NCBI GenBank assembly: GCA_028534125.1
Contig: CM052817.1
Coordinates: forward strand, 79,858,001-79,922,000
Direction: 5' to 3'
DNA length: 64,000 bases
Origin: Lama glama
Taxonomy: Eukaryota
Part shown: positions 48,271 through 60,870 of the stretch, piece after piece
How the letters are laid out: each line of letters opens with the position of its first letter
Position numbering within the stretch: the first letter of the stretch is position 1
Notes under the pieces: generated by a model
Databases searched by the model: none
What the model saw: the letters and a program-made list of their open reading frames with translations, nothing else
What the model was told of the DNA's origin: nothing
Program-made: the position numbers and the translations under genes

Positions 48271-50333
48271 GATTGGATTTGAAGAGGATTTTAGTTCCCC
48301 TTCCTGGTGTTTTTACTTAAAACAAATTAATGAATAAGCATATGTGGATTAAATGCTCTAACATAATCATCTGCTCATTTTCATGAGCACCGTGCCATCC
48401 CTGGGCTCTCTGGCTGGGTGAACACAGACTGATTTGGGAGTGATTAGTTCCCCCCCCCCCCGCCCACCGCAGTTCTAGGGGCCTCACATCTCAAGGCTTT
48501 CACGCCCCTCCCCAATTATAATTCAGATAATTCAGGTGGATCCTCTGAGCTATATCAGGTTTATGATCATGTTCTGCTCACCCAGAGAAAACCAAGTATT
48601 TTTAATCCTAGAATGAGTCAGGAGTAATCCACAGAGGGCCCTCCTTTGCCAGGGGCTTTAATTTCCTTTACCTCCTTCTCCCATTTGGTGATGATAACAG
48701 TGGTGACAGTAAACATAATGATAGCTATCATCTAGTGAAACCTGCTATGTACCAAGCTGTGTGCTAAGTCCTTTAAGTACATTATCCTTCCAACAATTCA
48801 GAGAAGTGTGTATTTTACCCACACGTGGGTTTCTTGATTTCAAGGACTATCCTTTACAAGGGAACATTCCTGAAATGTCTGGGACTCCCCTAAAAGCAAA
48901 CTTTCTGGATATTTGGTTCTGAAGGCCAGAAGCCCCCTCACCTGAAGCCATCACTGTTGCCACCTGCCATCATAGAGAATATGGACCTTCCCCACCCAGG
49001 CCACATGGCCTTGTCCAGTGGTGACTTCTCATTCTGTTCAGCCACACTGTAAGGCCACACTTCCATACCTCTCCCCAGGCCTGGGATTCAGGGAAACCAT
49101 GCTGGTCCAATTAGAGTTAACCAAGAGGGGTCACTTCATTCTTCAACTTAGTTACTTGGTCTTAGCCCAGAGCTCCCGGGAAAGACTCTTGCATATCCTC
49201 TTGAGTCTCTCACCAATTCCTACCATGCGTTTTTACCATGTATAACTTTATCAATTCCACATTTTCCTAAACTGCACTGCATAAATGATCTCTCTCTGCA
49301 CCAAGCACTCTCACATAAAATAATCTCTCATATAATGCTCATAGTAACATTCAGATATTATAGATAAGGTAATGACAGATTCAGAGATAAAAAAATAGCT
49401 TTGCTTAAGATGATCCAGGCACTCCTGGATCTAGGGATGGTGACTTCGAGTTTAGGACTATGATAGTCTGCTTCCTGATCTTGTCAACAGTTAATATATT
49501 TTCAGGAATGTCAGAAATAAGGCAGTATCCATCCATATCTCATTTAAATACTTATTCAATTCTGTGAAAAATGATGATCTTATAATGATATTTAGTATCA
49601 TTCACATATAGTAGCTTTTAGCAAATTCATCAAGTGTTGACTGCTAAGGAACATTAAGTACTTAAAACATTTTAAAAGAGTGATTCACTACCATTACTAA
49701 GAAAATATGCCACAGGGATGATTCACTGTAGACAGTTTAAATGAGACTTTGAAATAGACAATGTACGAATCACAAATTTTAAAAATGTTTTAAAAAGAGA
49801 GAGAAGGAAAAAAAAACCCTTTGTGGTTGCTTTTCTTACAACTAAATATCATCTTACTAGAAAAGGGCTTGGCCAATCGATTGATTCATCCAGGACGGAT
49901 GCTGAGTTTAGTTTTAGAGGTTTTTAAAAAAAGATCCATGGTTCATTTGAATAATTTCATTTCTCTTTCTTCTTCTCCTTCTTCTCATTCTTGTTCACTT
50001 TCTTCTTCTCTCCCCCTTCCTCCTTTCTTACCTCCTCCTTCTTTTTCTTTTGTTCATTTCCTTGAGTATTAAAATTAGCTCAAAGAAATCACATATTTAA
50101 TATCTATCACAAAGTTTAATACTTAATCACAAAATTAATATCTATCAAAATGAACTTTATGTTTGGCCTTATTTGTTTTTTCTCCTTGTCTATAGATAGT
50201 GCCTATAATTTTCCTTCAAGGGAGATAAAGGTAGGCAAATGGCTTTCCCTCTGAAGGTAGAATAAGAGAAGAGTCAGCATTGAGATGTTATGAATTCACC
50301 CTTCAGGGAGGTTTCCAAGCCTATGTAGGATAC

Positions 50334-50747
50334 TGTATTGTCAGGGTTCTCCAGAGAAACTGAAGCAACAGGAGTTCTGTCTGTCTATCTGTGAGAGAGA
50401 TTTATTTTAAGGAATAATGGTAGAGGCTGGCAAGTGCAACAGCTACAGGGTGGGTGGCCAGACTACAGTCATGGAGAAGAGCTGATGCTGCAGCTTAAGT
50501 CTGAAGGTGATATGCTGGCAGAATTCCCTCGTCTTCAGGCGAGGTTAGTTTTCTTCTGTTTAAGTCTTCAATTGCTTATGTGAGGCTCACCCACATCATG
50601 GAGGGTAATCTGCCTTACTCAAAGTCTGCTGACTTAAAGGTTAACGTCATCTAAAAAATACTTTCATAGAAATATCTAGAATAATGTTTGACCAAATCTC
50701 TGGGTATTATGGCCTAGCCAAGTGGACACATAAAATTAACCATCACA
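50334..50747 (-). mobile_element. ERVL solo LTR (MLT2B-like) with perfect 5-bp TSD
   Basis: TGTATTGTCAGGGTTCTCCAGAGAAAC...GCCTAGCCAAGTGGACACATAAAATTAACCATCACA, flanked by GATAC at 50329-50333 and 50748-50752. Confidence 0.92.
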
Positions 50748-51292
50748 GATACCTGCAGAGAGATCATTGGCCCATGTCCTCTTTTCAGCCTTATCAGAAT
50801 AAGTAGATTGGTCCCTTAATAAACTGTCAGATGCAACTCTTCTCTCCCTGGCTTAGCCAGAAATTTTTATATTTTTTACAAACTGAAACCTGGTTCCCTA
50901 CATTTATGGAAATTCAGAAGGGAAGCCATTGCCTTAACTCTGTTTTGTGATGTCACACATAGCAATTTTTATTTCTAGCAAAGCTGGTAAAATTCTTTTC
51001 TCCAAGCTCTAAAGATTTGACAGTTCCTTCCCTACTTGTCACTGTGAACAGTGGTATAAGTTTGTGGGGTTACTAGAATCGCTCTTCCAGAATGTCTTAA
51101 GAATTCCAGTTCTTCAGTTGCTTTCTTTTAGCTTCTAGTGACTCATCCCTTATTCTCTTCCCCATTTTGTGTATAGAAGTAAGAACAGCAGTTGAGTCAG
51201 AGCTGGGGAAAGCAGGAGAAGTTGTGGGTCCCAACTCCCCTCAGTCCTAAGTAATCCCTTCCTTCCCGGGGGCTTTCACCTGAGGAAACTGC

Positions 51293-51297
<5 letters not shown>

Positions 51298-51340
<43 letters not shown>
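51298..51340. repeat. (TG)n microsatellite, ~21 units
   Basis: Directly visible perfect repeat. Confidence 0.97.
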
Positions 51341-51342
<2 letters not shown>

Positions 51343-51899
51343 CTTTGAGTGGTGGAGAGCAAGAATTGAGAGGATTCAGAGGACATAGAAGAAAGAAGAG
51401 TGAAATTTTTCTTTTTTCTTTTCTTTTTTTTTTAACTTCATTGTCCCCAAATGCTTTAAAAAATTAGGACTAAGAAGGTGTAGTGAAATTTAGGAAAGAG
51501 ATGCCTGCTGTAATGTAAAAAGTTCATGTAAATCCTTCTTCATCAGGACTGGCATTGTGCTGGAACTGTGAAGAAAGGGGTGTGGAAGGTGGAGTTGGAG
51601 GAGGAAAAAGGCATCCTGGGCCAAGGGCTTGTGGGGGTGTTGAGGGTTTGTGGGAAAGTGGCCTGACCATACTAGACAGTGGCAAGAAATGAAGTTGGTT
51701 AAGGAACACATTTTGAAGGGTCTTGGAAACTCCACTGAGATGAGACTTGTTACAATTATGTTGTGATAAGTAGAGAAAGAGACTTGATGGGTGGGGGCTG
51801 GTGAGAAGGAATGAACAGAGGGCAAGGAGCGAGTTCTGGGAAAGCCCCACTCCTAGAGTGTGAGAGGAGGAGGGTGGAGGTGTGTGTATCTTGTCCCAC

Positions 51900-52556
51900 T
51901 GTTACCTAACCGACCTTGGGTCTGCTTGCCTGACACGCAACAAAGCCAATCTACTGACACTGCGTTGTGGTGAAGGAAAGTACAGTGCTTCTTGCAGGCA
52001 CCAAACAAGAAGAACAAGAAGCTAGTGCTCAAAAGACCTGAACTCCCAGATGGCTTTCAATGAAGGGTTTTTAAAGGCAACAGTAGGGGTGAGGGTTGCA
52101 GGGTGCCTGATCAGCTCGTAGACATTCTTCTACCTGGTTGGTGGTGAGGTACCAGGATGATGTTTCAGGCGTCAGCATCATCAGTCTTCTAGTCCCAGTT
52201 GGTCTGGGGTCTATGTAGTTGTCATCAGCAGTTTCCATTGGGTGGAAGTCTGGTTTCCATAAAAACAACTTAGGAATGTGTGTCAGACATTGTTATCTAT
52301 GTCCTTCAGGGAGGAACTAAAGTCCTGTGACTGCTACATGGCTGATTTACTGTTAAAATTTTTACTGGTTTACCAGCCCAACAGCTGTTCTTTGTTTCTG
52401 CATGTTCATATTTTCCTGATTATTAACTCTTGAGTCAGCCTTTTGAGACTCAGAGGAGGCCTGAAGCAAAGCCTTTTGCTTCAAGAGATGAAGGACACTG
52501 CAGTGGGGGTGGGCTCATGTAGCCAAGAGGGTCTCAAAGGGTCCTGCTGGGTTTCA
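51900..52556 (-). mobile_element. ERV1 solo LTR (MER34-related)
   Basis: TGTTACC...GGGTCCTGCTGGGTTTCA termini, near-TSD CCAC/CCAT, and GCTCAAAAGACCTGAACTCCCAGATGGCTTT...GGGTTTTTAAAGGCA. Confidence 0.8.
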
Positions 52557-53362
52557 CCATCTTTGATTTCCTCCCTAAAGTTAGAAGTAGAGGGGGAGGG
52601 GGTTTACCTGATGATGGTAAATGCAAGAGGTTAGGACTGAAGGCTTGAGAAAAGATTGTTTAGTTCGATTTCACAAGCCATTTTTGAGCTTCTGCTCTGC
52701 ACTGGCCACAATGCTGTGTGTTAGGAATACAAAGATGGATAAAATAGGACCTCTTTTCTCAAAAAGCTCCCAGTCTTCCAGCAATCAATAAAAAAAATTA
52801 TTTTTAATGAGCCAGAAGCACAAGGCAGGTTTGTCTCCTAGTCAACTATGGGTATTGAGACCTGGCAGTCTAGTGTGGGTTGAGGTCAGCTGACCATGGA
52901 AGCCAGGCTGGTGTCAGAGTGAACTGATGACTGAAGCTGAATGATTAGAAGTCCCAGGGCAAGAGCAGGTTGCATACCTGCAGGGCATTGGGAGAGGTAT
53001 GTGTGTAAGATGGTGGTGGCTGGAGAATCAGTTTAAATTCTGGGACGTCACAGAGAGTTTCAGGGAGTGAGTGCACAGGTGCGGTGCTGCTCTGGAAGAG
53101 GGATGGAGGTCAGGAACCAAGGCAGATGAAGAGCCTGAGATCCAAGAGTAGGATGAGTTGTTCATGGACAGTAACACCTTTGTGTATTTGTGACAAGGTG
53201 ACATTGCTCCCACTACACTCAGATTCAGCTGAGAAAATATTTCTTTGTAACTCCATAAATCATCTCAATTTCTTCATGACCAGACCCTCTACATAATAAG
53301 AAGAAAAATCCTAAACATTACTTTGGTCTCTAAGTAATCTTAGTACATTGTAATGAGAAGAA

Positions 53363-53489
53363 GTGGCCACATAATTTGCAGGGCTCAGGGCAAAATGAAA
53401 ATGCAATCCCCAGTGTTCAAAAATTAAGAGTTTCAAGACAGCAACAGTAGAGTATTAACGCAAGCCCTGGGCCCACAAAGCTGAGCCTG
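53363..53489 (-). mobile_element. MER45-like hAT-Tip100 element
   Basis: CCACATAATTTGCAGGGCTCAGGGCAAAATGAAAATGC...TGTTCAAAAATTAAGAGTTTCAAGACAGCAACAG. Confidence 0.75.
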
Positions 53490-54475
53490 GTAACAGAGTC
53501 AACGTCCCTTTCTCTTCAGCCCTTTAAAGTGCTCAGGGTCTCCGGGTTCCTCTCCCTCTGGCTGCATCTCTGCAGGTGGGGACAGGGTCGGGCTTAGTAC
53601 TCTCTCAGCAGGGTGGAGACTGGGAGGAAGGACATGTGGTTCCCAGCACTGCCCTCTCTGCCCTCACTAGTCTCCAGAGAGAAATAGCTAGGGTTTGTGC
53701 TTCCTGCACCGGTGGCCACTGACGTGCAGCTGGCTCGTCTGGTTTTGAGGGTTAGAGTGCTGGCCCACCCACTGACGACTGTGATTCCCACCCCCATTCT
53801 TTTGAGTCAAAATCGTGACTTAGGGCAGCTGCTTGGCCTTGGGCTTAGCCTATCTACCAGCATTTTCAGCACCTCTGTGGTTTCCCATCAGGATATTTTG
53901 GAAACGTCTATAGTCCCCTAAATTCTGAGTGATCTGTGGGGCACTGTGAGCCCTGCTGAGCCCCATCTGTCTCCATCCTTCCCACACTCTTCCCTGAAAC
54001 ACCATTGCCCAGTAGTGATGGGGGGGTCTCTCTGGTTCAGCTGAGGTGGGTCTTGTGCCCTGAGGTCCCTGAGCTTTCTCACATCTGCTTGAATGTTTCT
54101 AGGGCATCCACCAGGTTAGGCTTTTAAAGGAGGTGCAAAGACCTGCCTATCTGCCACATGCCCATCTCTGCCCCCAGCTTCTGTGTCTTCTCCTCCCCAC
54201 CATTTCTCCAGCTGAAAGAGTGATGTTTTGATCTTTTTGACATTCTCTATGTCACATGTCACTTTTCTTTTATGGTCTTTAGGCACACAAAATTGGATTA
54301 ATCAGAATTTGGGATTCATAATACATTATCTTCACTGGTTTCCTGCATGTCCCTCTTTTATTTTTAGCTGCTCATTTATTGATTAAATAATAGGATTAAA
54401 TAATGAACATCATTATACCGGCACCCAACCCAGGAACTAAAACAGTATCAATAACTCACATCTACTTCATCCAGA

Positions 54476-54662
54476 CCCCCCTACCTCTTCTCTTTCTTCC
54501 TCTCTCTTTCTCTGTCTCTGTCTCTGTCTTTGTCTCTCTCTCTCCCTCTCCTCCTCTCCCTCTCTCCCTCCCCCTCTTCCTCTGTCCCTCCCCCTCTTCC
54601 TCTCTCCCTCCCTCTCTCCCTCTCTCTCTCACACACACGGACACACATACACACATACACAC
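54476..54662. repeat. CT-rich low-complexity tract followed by imperfect (CA)n
   Basis: Directly visible. Confidence 0.9.
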
Positions 54663-54685
54663 AGTTTTATCTCATATGTAGTCAT

Positions 54686-54879
54686 CAGTGTACTGTAACC
54701 AGTTCAAGAGAGTCAACAACTGTGTACATCCCTTCCCAGCTCTGCATTTGGTGATATCATGTGAGTAACATGAAATCAACCATGGTGAGGGAACTTGCAG
54801 TGTGCAATTAGCAAGTACTACAAAGCAGAGCCTTTTTCCCCAGAGAGCTCGCTATTAAACATTTATTGGCACATCACTG
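54686..54879. mobile_element. MER63-like hAT-Blackjack element
   Basis: CAGTG...CACTG ends; CCCTTCCCAGCTCTGCATTTGGTGATATCATG...TGAAATCAACCATGGTG...TTAAACATTTA. Confidence 0.65.
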
Positions 54880-55412
54880 TATGGATGTTCTAAACAAGAC
54901 TGCCTCTTGTGTTTATCTGCTAAATTCCTAACATTTCGAATGATACCCAGCACAGAGAAGACACTGTGTTGTTTAACATGTGGATAAACATCCTTCTGAA
55001 TCCCTAGGGCAGCAAGATTCGTGACCTAGATAGCACAGAGGAAGCTGTTCTCGCTGCCTACAGGAGAAACTATTATCTGAGCGCTAAATGAACTTAGAAA
55101 GCTCTATTTCTTTTAATAAAGCCTGGCTTCTGTTACTGTCTTCGATCTAGATCCTGTATTAGATATTATAAACTGTTCTCTTTACATTCCTGCTGGAACA
55201 TTCCAAACATCTGTTAGGCAAATAGATGCCTCTCAAAAAAGACTCAAAAGAGAAAAATATTCTCAAAAGGGAAAATATTTTCTATTATTCTATATTTTCT
55301 ATTTCTATTATTTTCTATAATTTCACATATAAGCAGGACCAGCCACTTCTGCACACATGTGAAGCCATAGTTTATTGGCAAGAAACTCATAATTAAGGAA
55401 GTGCTTTATGAG

Positions 55413-55413
<1 letters not shown>

Positions 55414-55446
<33 letters not shown>
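55414..55446. repeat. (TG)n microsatellite
   Basis: Directly visible. Confidence 0.95.
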
Positions 55447-55465
55447 ATGCGTGTGTAGAAGTCCA

Positions 55466-55897
55466 ATTTTTTTCCTTTTTTATAAGTATAGTCAGTTACA
55501 ACAGCATGCTTCAATCATACATATACATACATATATTCATTTCCATATTCTTTTTCATTATAGGTTACTACAAGATATTAAATATATAGTTCCTTGTGCT
55601 ATACAGAAGAAATTTGGGTTTTATCTATTTTAAATATAGTATTTAACATTTGCAAATCTCCAACTTCCAGTTTATCCCTTTCCACCTCCTTCCCCCCTCA
55701 CCCTGTAACCATAAGTTTGTTTACCATGTCTGTGAGTCTGTTTCTGTTTTGTAGATAAGTTCATTAATGTCTTCTTTTTTCTTTTTTTTTTCTTTAAGAT
55801 TCCACATGTGAGTGATATCATGTGGTATTTTTCTTTCTTTTACTGACTGACTTCACTTAGAATGACCATCTCTAGATCCATCCATGTTGCTGCAAAT
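55466..55897 (-). mobile_element. L1 3' end (lineage-specific)
   Basis: TTTTATAAGTATAGTCAGTTACA...TAGGTTACTACAAGATATT...GACTTCACTTAGAATGACCATCTCTAGATCCATCCATGTTGCTGCAAATG; the minus-strand translation includes the L1 ORF2 end [18 protein letters not shown]. Confidence 0.9.
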
Positions 55898-56345
55898 GTG
55901 TTCTCTGAGTTTTTAGATAATACATAACTAAAAACTCCAAACACAAATGCCATGGGTCTTACCACTACTGCCTCCTTCTTCTCTCTCCTCCTCTCCTCTC
56001 TTCCTCCCTCAACTCCTCCTCTCCTCTCTCTCTCTGCTCTTTCATTCTCATTCTCCCCTTTCTCCTCTGTACTTCCCTCTTTGGCCTCTCCCTTTTCTAG
56101 ACAAATTGCTGAGTATGTGTGAAAGGAAAAAGTAAGAAAATGGACCAGCATTCCATCTCTACCTAGGAGCTGAAACACTGGGTCCTCTGAGTGGGCAAAG
56201 GCAGGTCTGTGACTCTTTCTGGGTGTCTTGTACACTCTGGAAAATCTTACATTAATTCTTTATATGGAAATAAAATATTAATCCTGATATTTTATGCAAC
56301 TTTAAATGACTCTACAGTTTTACTTTTTTCCTATACCCTCCCTTA

Positions 56346-56725
56346 TGTGGCAGAAAGAATCCTATGTGTTTGTCAACTCTTGTTTCATTTTCCTCTTCCC
56401 AGGACATGGAAGGATTATATTTCCTACCTCTCTTAGAACTTGGATGGAGCCACTTGACTGGGCTTTTGCCCAGTGAAAATAAACAAAACCTGGCCACTCA
56501 ACATCCACAACTAACTATGTTTCTACCCCTTTTTCGCTTGCCATCACTTGCTTAAAATGGCAATGTGCAAAATGCTAGACCACTGAGTCACCACTTGGAG
56601 GAGAACCCTGAAGGTGAGCTTCCCACCCCATACCAGACTGTGCCATGAGCAGGAGATAAAACATATGGGGTTGAGCCATTGGGATTTGACACTTGTTATT
56701 GCAGCCTAGTTAATCCTCTCCTGAC
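56346..56725 (+). mobile_element. MaLR LTR (MLT1J-like)
   Basis: TGTGGCAGA start, ATTATATTTCCTACCTCTCTT...GAGCCACTTGACTG, TGAGCAGGAGATAAAC...TTGAGCCATTGGGATTTG...TTGTTATTGCAGC. Confidence 0.65.
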
Positions 56726-57269
56726 TCTTTTCTCAGGAACATCCTTTTGAGTCCTAGGATTCATTCTACTTGAACATACACAGGTCATGTGGGCCATATA
56801 CTCATCCCTGGAACCATTATTATGGCCAAGGCGGAGTTGGTGGACTGATTGTCCAAGTTTGGGTCACATGCTATACTCCTGGAGTTGGACATGGAACCTT
56901 GGCAAACAAATGGATTGATCCTGAGGTAAGAGTTGATGTGCCTAAAGGAAATCATGAGGTTGGCTTGTCTTTTTTTTTTTTAAGTGAGGGAGGCAGGGAA
57001 AGACAGTAGATGCTGGAGTCTAAAAACATCATGGGGTTTTAGGAATTATGAGTAGGATATTTTATTATAATTATTAATGTCAAGAATTAGTTGTAGATAA
57101 GTCTAAATTGACAAATTAAGTCCAATTTTAGAAACTCTAACTCTACAATATCAAAGTAGTTTGTCTATTCTATGAAATTTAGGGAGTCGTGTGTTTTTGA
57201 GATGAGCAGTTATCTAATGTTTGATGAGAGAAGCTTTTTTTAATGAATAATAACTTCGTAGCAGCGGGC

Positions 57270-57960
57270 AGACTGGACTGAGATCGAAGAAAACTAGAGT
57301 TGAGAAGAGCATAATAATCCAAGAACGCAGTGGTAAGTGATAGTAGTGGTGCTGGTGGGAGTGAAGAGGAATTGACACACTGAATTACATGAGAAAGGAA
57401 AACTGACAGGTCTTCACGTCTGATTTGATGTGGGGAGATAAGGAGGAATCCAAGATGATTTGGAGGTTTGAAACTTGCACACACACAGCATATTTGGGGA
57501 AGATGGTGAGCTTCATTCAGTACATTGAGTCTGAGATGCCTGTTAGACATTTAAATGGAGGTTAAGCAGTTTCACAGCTGAAATCTAGGGGACAATCTGG
57601 CTTGGAGGGAAACATCTGGGAGGCATCTACATACAAATATTTGTTGATCAAATTACTCAGTGAGAGTAGAGGTTATGTAAAGCAGAGATCTGAGCGCAAC
57701 TCCCTGGGCGGTAACCACCACTAGACAGAATTGAGGTGGGAGAAATTGAATGAAAAATAGAGGAGTGGGACAGAAAAGCAGTGTGTGTCAAGGGAGGGGA
57801 AATCCCAACGTCTCTTAAAACTGCCAAGCATTGGGAAGAGAGACACTGAATCACTGGGGATCTTGAAGTTTCAGTACAGTGAAGGTAAGGTTGCTGGAGA
57901 GCCAAATTTTGACGTGTTAATGAGATAGCAAATGGTAAGGAAACGGCATTAAAAAGCAGG
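57270..57960 (-). mobile_element. L2 LINE body fragment
   Basis: GAGCTTCATTCAGTACATTGAGTCTGAGATGCCTGTTAGACATTTAAATGGAG and neighbouring purine-rich L2 motifs. Confidence 0.6.
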
Positions 57961-59502
57961 TAGGAAATAAAATGGTAGATTGAAGGCACCTTATAGTCAA
58001 ACCATGGTTTTTCCAAGACTGAGGAGACCTGTGCATTTTAAAATCAGGGGAAAAGAAGCCAGGGGTCAGGAAAAGTCGTTGTTGTTATTGTTTTGTCTGT
58101 TTGTTTGTTGGCTATTTTTAAAGAAAATGAGTAAGAGTAATAACAGTACCTTGCATTGCCACCTAAGTGTCCGGTGCTGTGATAGGTACCTGTTGTATTT
58201 TTCCAATTATTGTACCATCATATAGAAGAGAAAATGAAAAGCAGAGAGGTTAAGCAACTCAACAAGGTCAGCTGTTAAGAGTCAGAGCCGCCTTGATCCC
58301 ACATGATGTGAATTCAGTTTCAGTGATGCCCCAAGTCTCTGAAGTGCCGGGCAGTGCTGGCAGAAGTTGATCCGTCAAGAATTTCTCAGAGAATGGTAGG
58401 TGATGTCTAAGAGCCTGGATAGAATATGAAAAGACTTCCAGGGATTTCTGACAAGGGTCTATGAATTTATCTTAGCAAAGCAGCTGAGCCCTGTCTCTGA
58501 AGTCTCCTCTTCTGTGCCCATTTACTAAAAGTGATAACACATTGTTACACATGGTTTGAATTTTGTATCGGGAATGAATTCATCTTTGAAGGGAAACGAG
58601 CTTACTTTCTTGTATCAGGTTAAAAAAAATGATATGGTCCCTTTGCCTTTTAAATTAAGAAAAGCCAAGAATCAAATTAAGACCTCTGCTGAGGCAGAAG
58701 GTCAACCCAAATACTTGAACACATGTATTTCCCCCCACAATTTTTTTTCTTTCCTTTGTCTTGTTTAACATTTATTTTGACACTTTTTCAAGCTGTTTGG
58801 GGATCCTTTGGAAAAATCAGTGGTGTATATGTGAATTTATGTTGTATATTCTGGTATATGCTGATTCCTTGTTCTCTCTGGAGAGTGAAGGATGGGCAGG
58901 TTTTCAACAGGAACACGTGCTAGTGAGAAGGACATTCCAGGTAGAAAGATAGCGTCGGCAAAGGGCAGAAGCGAGCAAGCCCTGAGGGTATTAGAACACA
59001 GGGAGTCTGTAGAAATACAGAATAAAATGTTCATGTCAAGAACTTGTTGCTCACCATGCAGGAAGGAGAAGAGAGGGAGAACAGAGAATAGGGTCCCAAG
59101 TAGATGCCGCTAACACTCTCAGCTCCCCCTCCAAGTTATAAATGTCATCATGTGCATCCTTATGCAGATTCAGTATGCAGAACTAGCCTGGCAATGTGAG
59201 CCAGCCATCAGGGATTTTTACCCAAGAGCTGTATTTTCTCTCTTCTCAAGAAATGCTTTGTTTGGTGTGCCCAGGGGTTTGTTATGACACAGTGAAGTTG
59301 TCAGCAGGGATACCCTGAAACAAGGCAGGGAGAATTTAGACAAAGTATCTTTTAACACAAGGGAGTGTTGGTGCTTCTGGCAGGAGAGGAGTGAGTGCAG
59401 TCTTCATCGATGGTCCCATGCAGGGAAAAGGAGGAGAGGGGAAGGGAAGGCGAGTCTGAGGACCACGAGGGCCAGGCTGAAGAATCAGAACAGTGGAAGC
59501 TC

Positions 59503-59649
59503 CTTCTGCACAGCAAAGGAAACAAGAAGTAAAACAAGAAGAAAACCTACGGAATGGGAGAAAATTTTTGCAAGTGAAACCGACAAAGGCTTGATCTCCA
59601 GAATATATAAGCAGCTCATACGACTCAATAAGAAAAAAATAAACAACCC
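59503..59649 (+). mobile_element. L1 ORF2 fragment running into the assembly gap
   Basis: CTTCTGCACAGCAAAGGAAAC...GAATGGGAGAAAATTTTTGCA...TCCAGAATATATAAGCAGCTC; homologous to ~63025-63170. Confidence 0.9.
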
Positions 59650-60149
59650 NNNNNNNNNNNNNNNNNNNNNNNNNNNNNNNNNNNNNNNNNNNNNNNNNNN
59701 NNNNNNNNNNNNNNNNNNNNNNNNNNNNNNNNNNNNNNNNNNNNNNNNNNNNNNNNNNNNNNNNNNNNNNNNNNNNNNNNNNNNNNNNNNNNNNNNNNNN
59801 NNNNNNNNNNNNNNNNNNNNNNNNNNNNNNNNNNNNNNNNNNNNNNNNNNNNNNNNNNNNNNNNNNNNNNNNNNNNNNNNNNNNNNNNNNNNNNNNNNNN
59901 NNNNNNNNNNNNNNNNNNNNNNNNNNNNNNNNNNNNNNNNNNNNNNNNNNNNNNNNNNNNNNNNNNNNNNNNNNNNNNNNNNNNNNNNNNNNNNNNNNNN
60001 NNNNNNNNNNNNNNNNNNNNNNNNNNNNNNNNNNNNNNNNNNNNNNNNNNNNNNNNNNNNNNNNNNNNNNNNNNNNNNNNNNNNNNNNNNNNNNNNNNNN
60101 NNNNNNNNNNNNNNNNNNNNNNNNNNNNNNNNNNNNNNNNNNNNNNNNN
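59650..60149. other. Assembly gap (exactly 500 N)
   Basis: Run of N. Confidence 1.
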
Positions 60150-60484
60150 AAAAAAGAGAGAGAAAGAAAAATCCCAGGAAAAGTACAAGAAATATGAAAG
60201 AATACTTCTTCTTTGGAGAGGTGAACACACTGTATGCTTTGAAGCAACAGAAGAAATCACAGAGGAAACAGCCAACAGATTTAATTTTATTTTTAAAAGT
60301 TCATACTTTTGTAAAAATTGAAATAATTAAAATAAGAAGACATGAGGAACGAACATTCCCCTTCTTCAAATAAGAAAATGTGTAACTAGCACACACCTCC
60401 CAACAAGAAATAGGGTTAATATATATAATCATATAAAGAGTGTCCTTATAGCACTTAAATAAATCATATAAAGAGGTCCCTTAG

Positions 60485-60870
60485 AATAGAGTAAATAACC
60501 GATGGTATATTCATACAGTGGAATTCAATTTAGCCATTACAAAGAATGAACTAGATCTTTTAGTTTGTCGAGGTGGATAAATCACAGCAATACAATATTG
60601 AATTTAGAAAGAGCAAGTTGCAGAACACTAAGTTTGGTATACTATCACTTGTAACATTTAAAAACTTACAAATCAGTGCTGTGTGTGTGTGTGTGTGATG
60701 ACTGAAAACAAAATATCAAAATGTGGAATGGAAAGATATAGAGCAACTTTCATTGGTTACCTCTGGAAGAAGGGCTGGGAAGTGAGATCCAGGAAGTTTA
60801 TAAAAGGAGCTCTAGACATATCTGTTACTTTTCTGTTTGACTGAAATATTCTGTAATTTTTAAAAGCAGA
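60485..60870 (+). mobile_element. Old L1 (L1ME-like) 3' region
   Basis: ATGGTATATTCATACAGTGGAAT...AAAGAATGAACTAGATCT...AAAGAGCAAGTTGCAGAAC...TGGTTACCTCTGG. Confidence 0.65.

Noticed and set aside
28660..52556. Two related LTRs as the ends of one provirus
   Set aside because: They are 23 kb apart, substantially diverged from each other and have different flanks, and the interval contains older L2/MIR elements and no gag/pol/env.
59336..60373. Long ORFs of 216-303 aa
   Set aside because: Artefacts of translating through the 500-N gap.
60427..60483. Short imperfect direct duplication AATCATATAAAGAG(T)GTCC(C)TTA
   Set aside because: Two copies only, at the edge of an old L1; ordinary local duplication.
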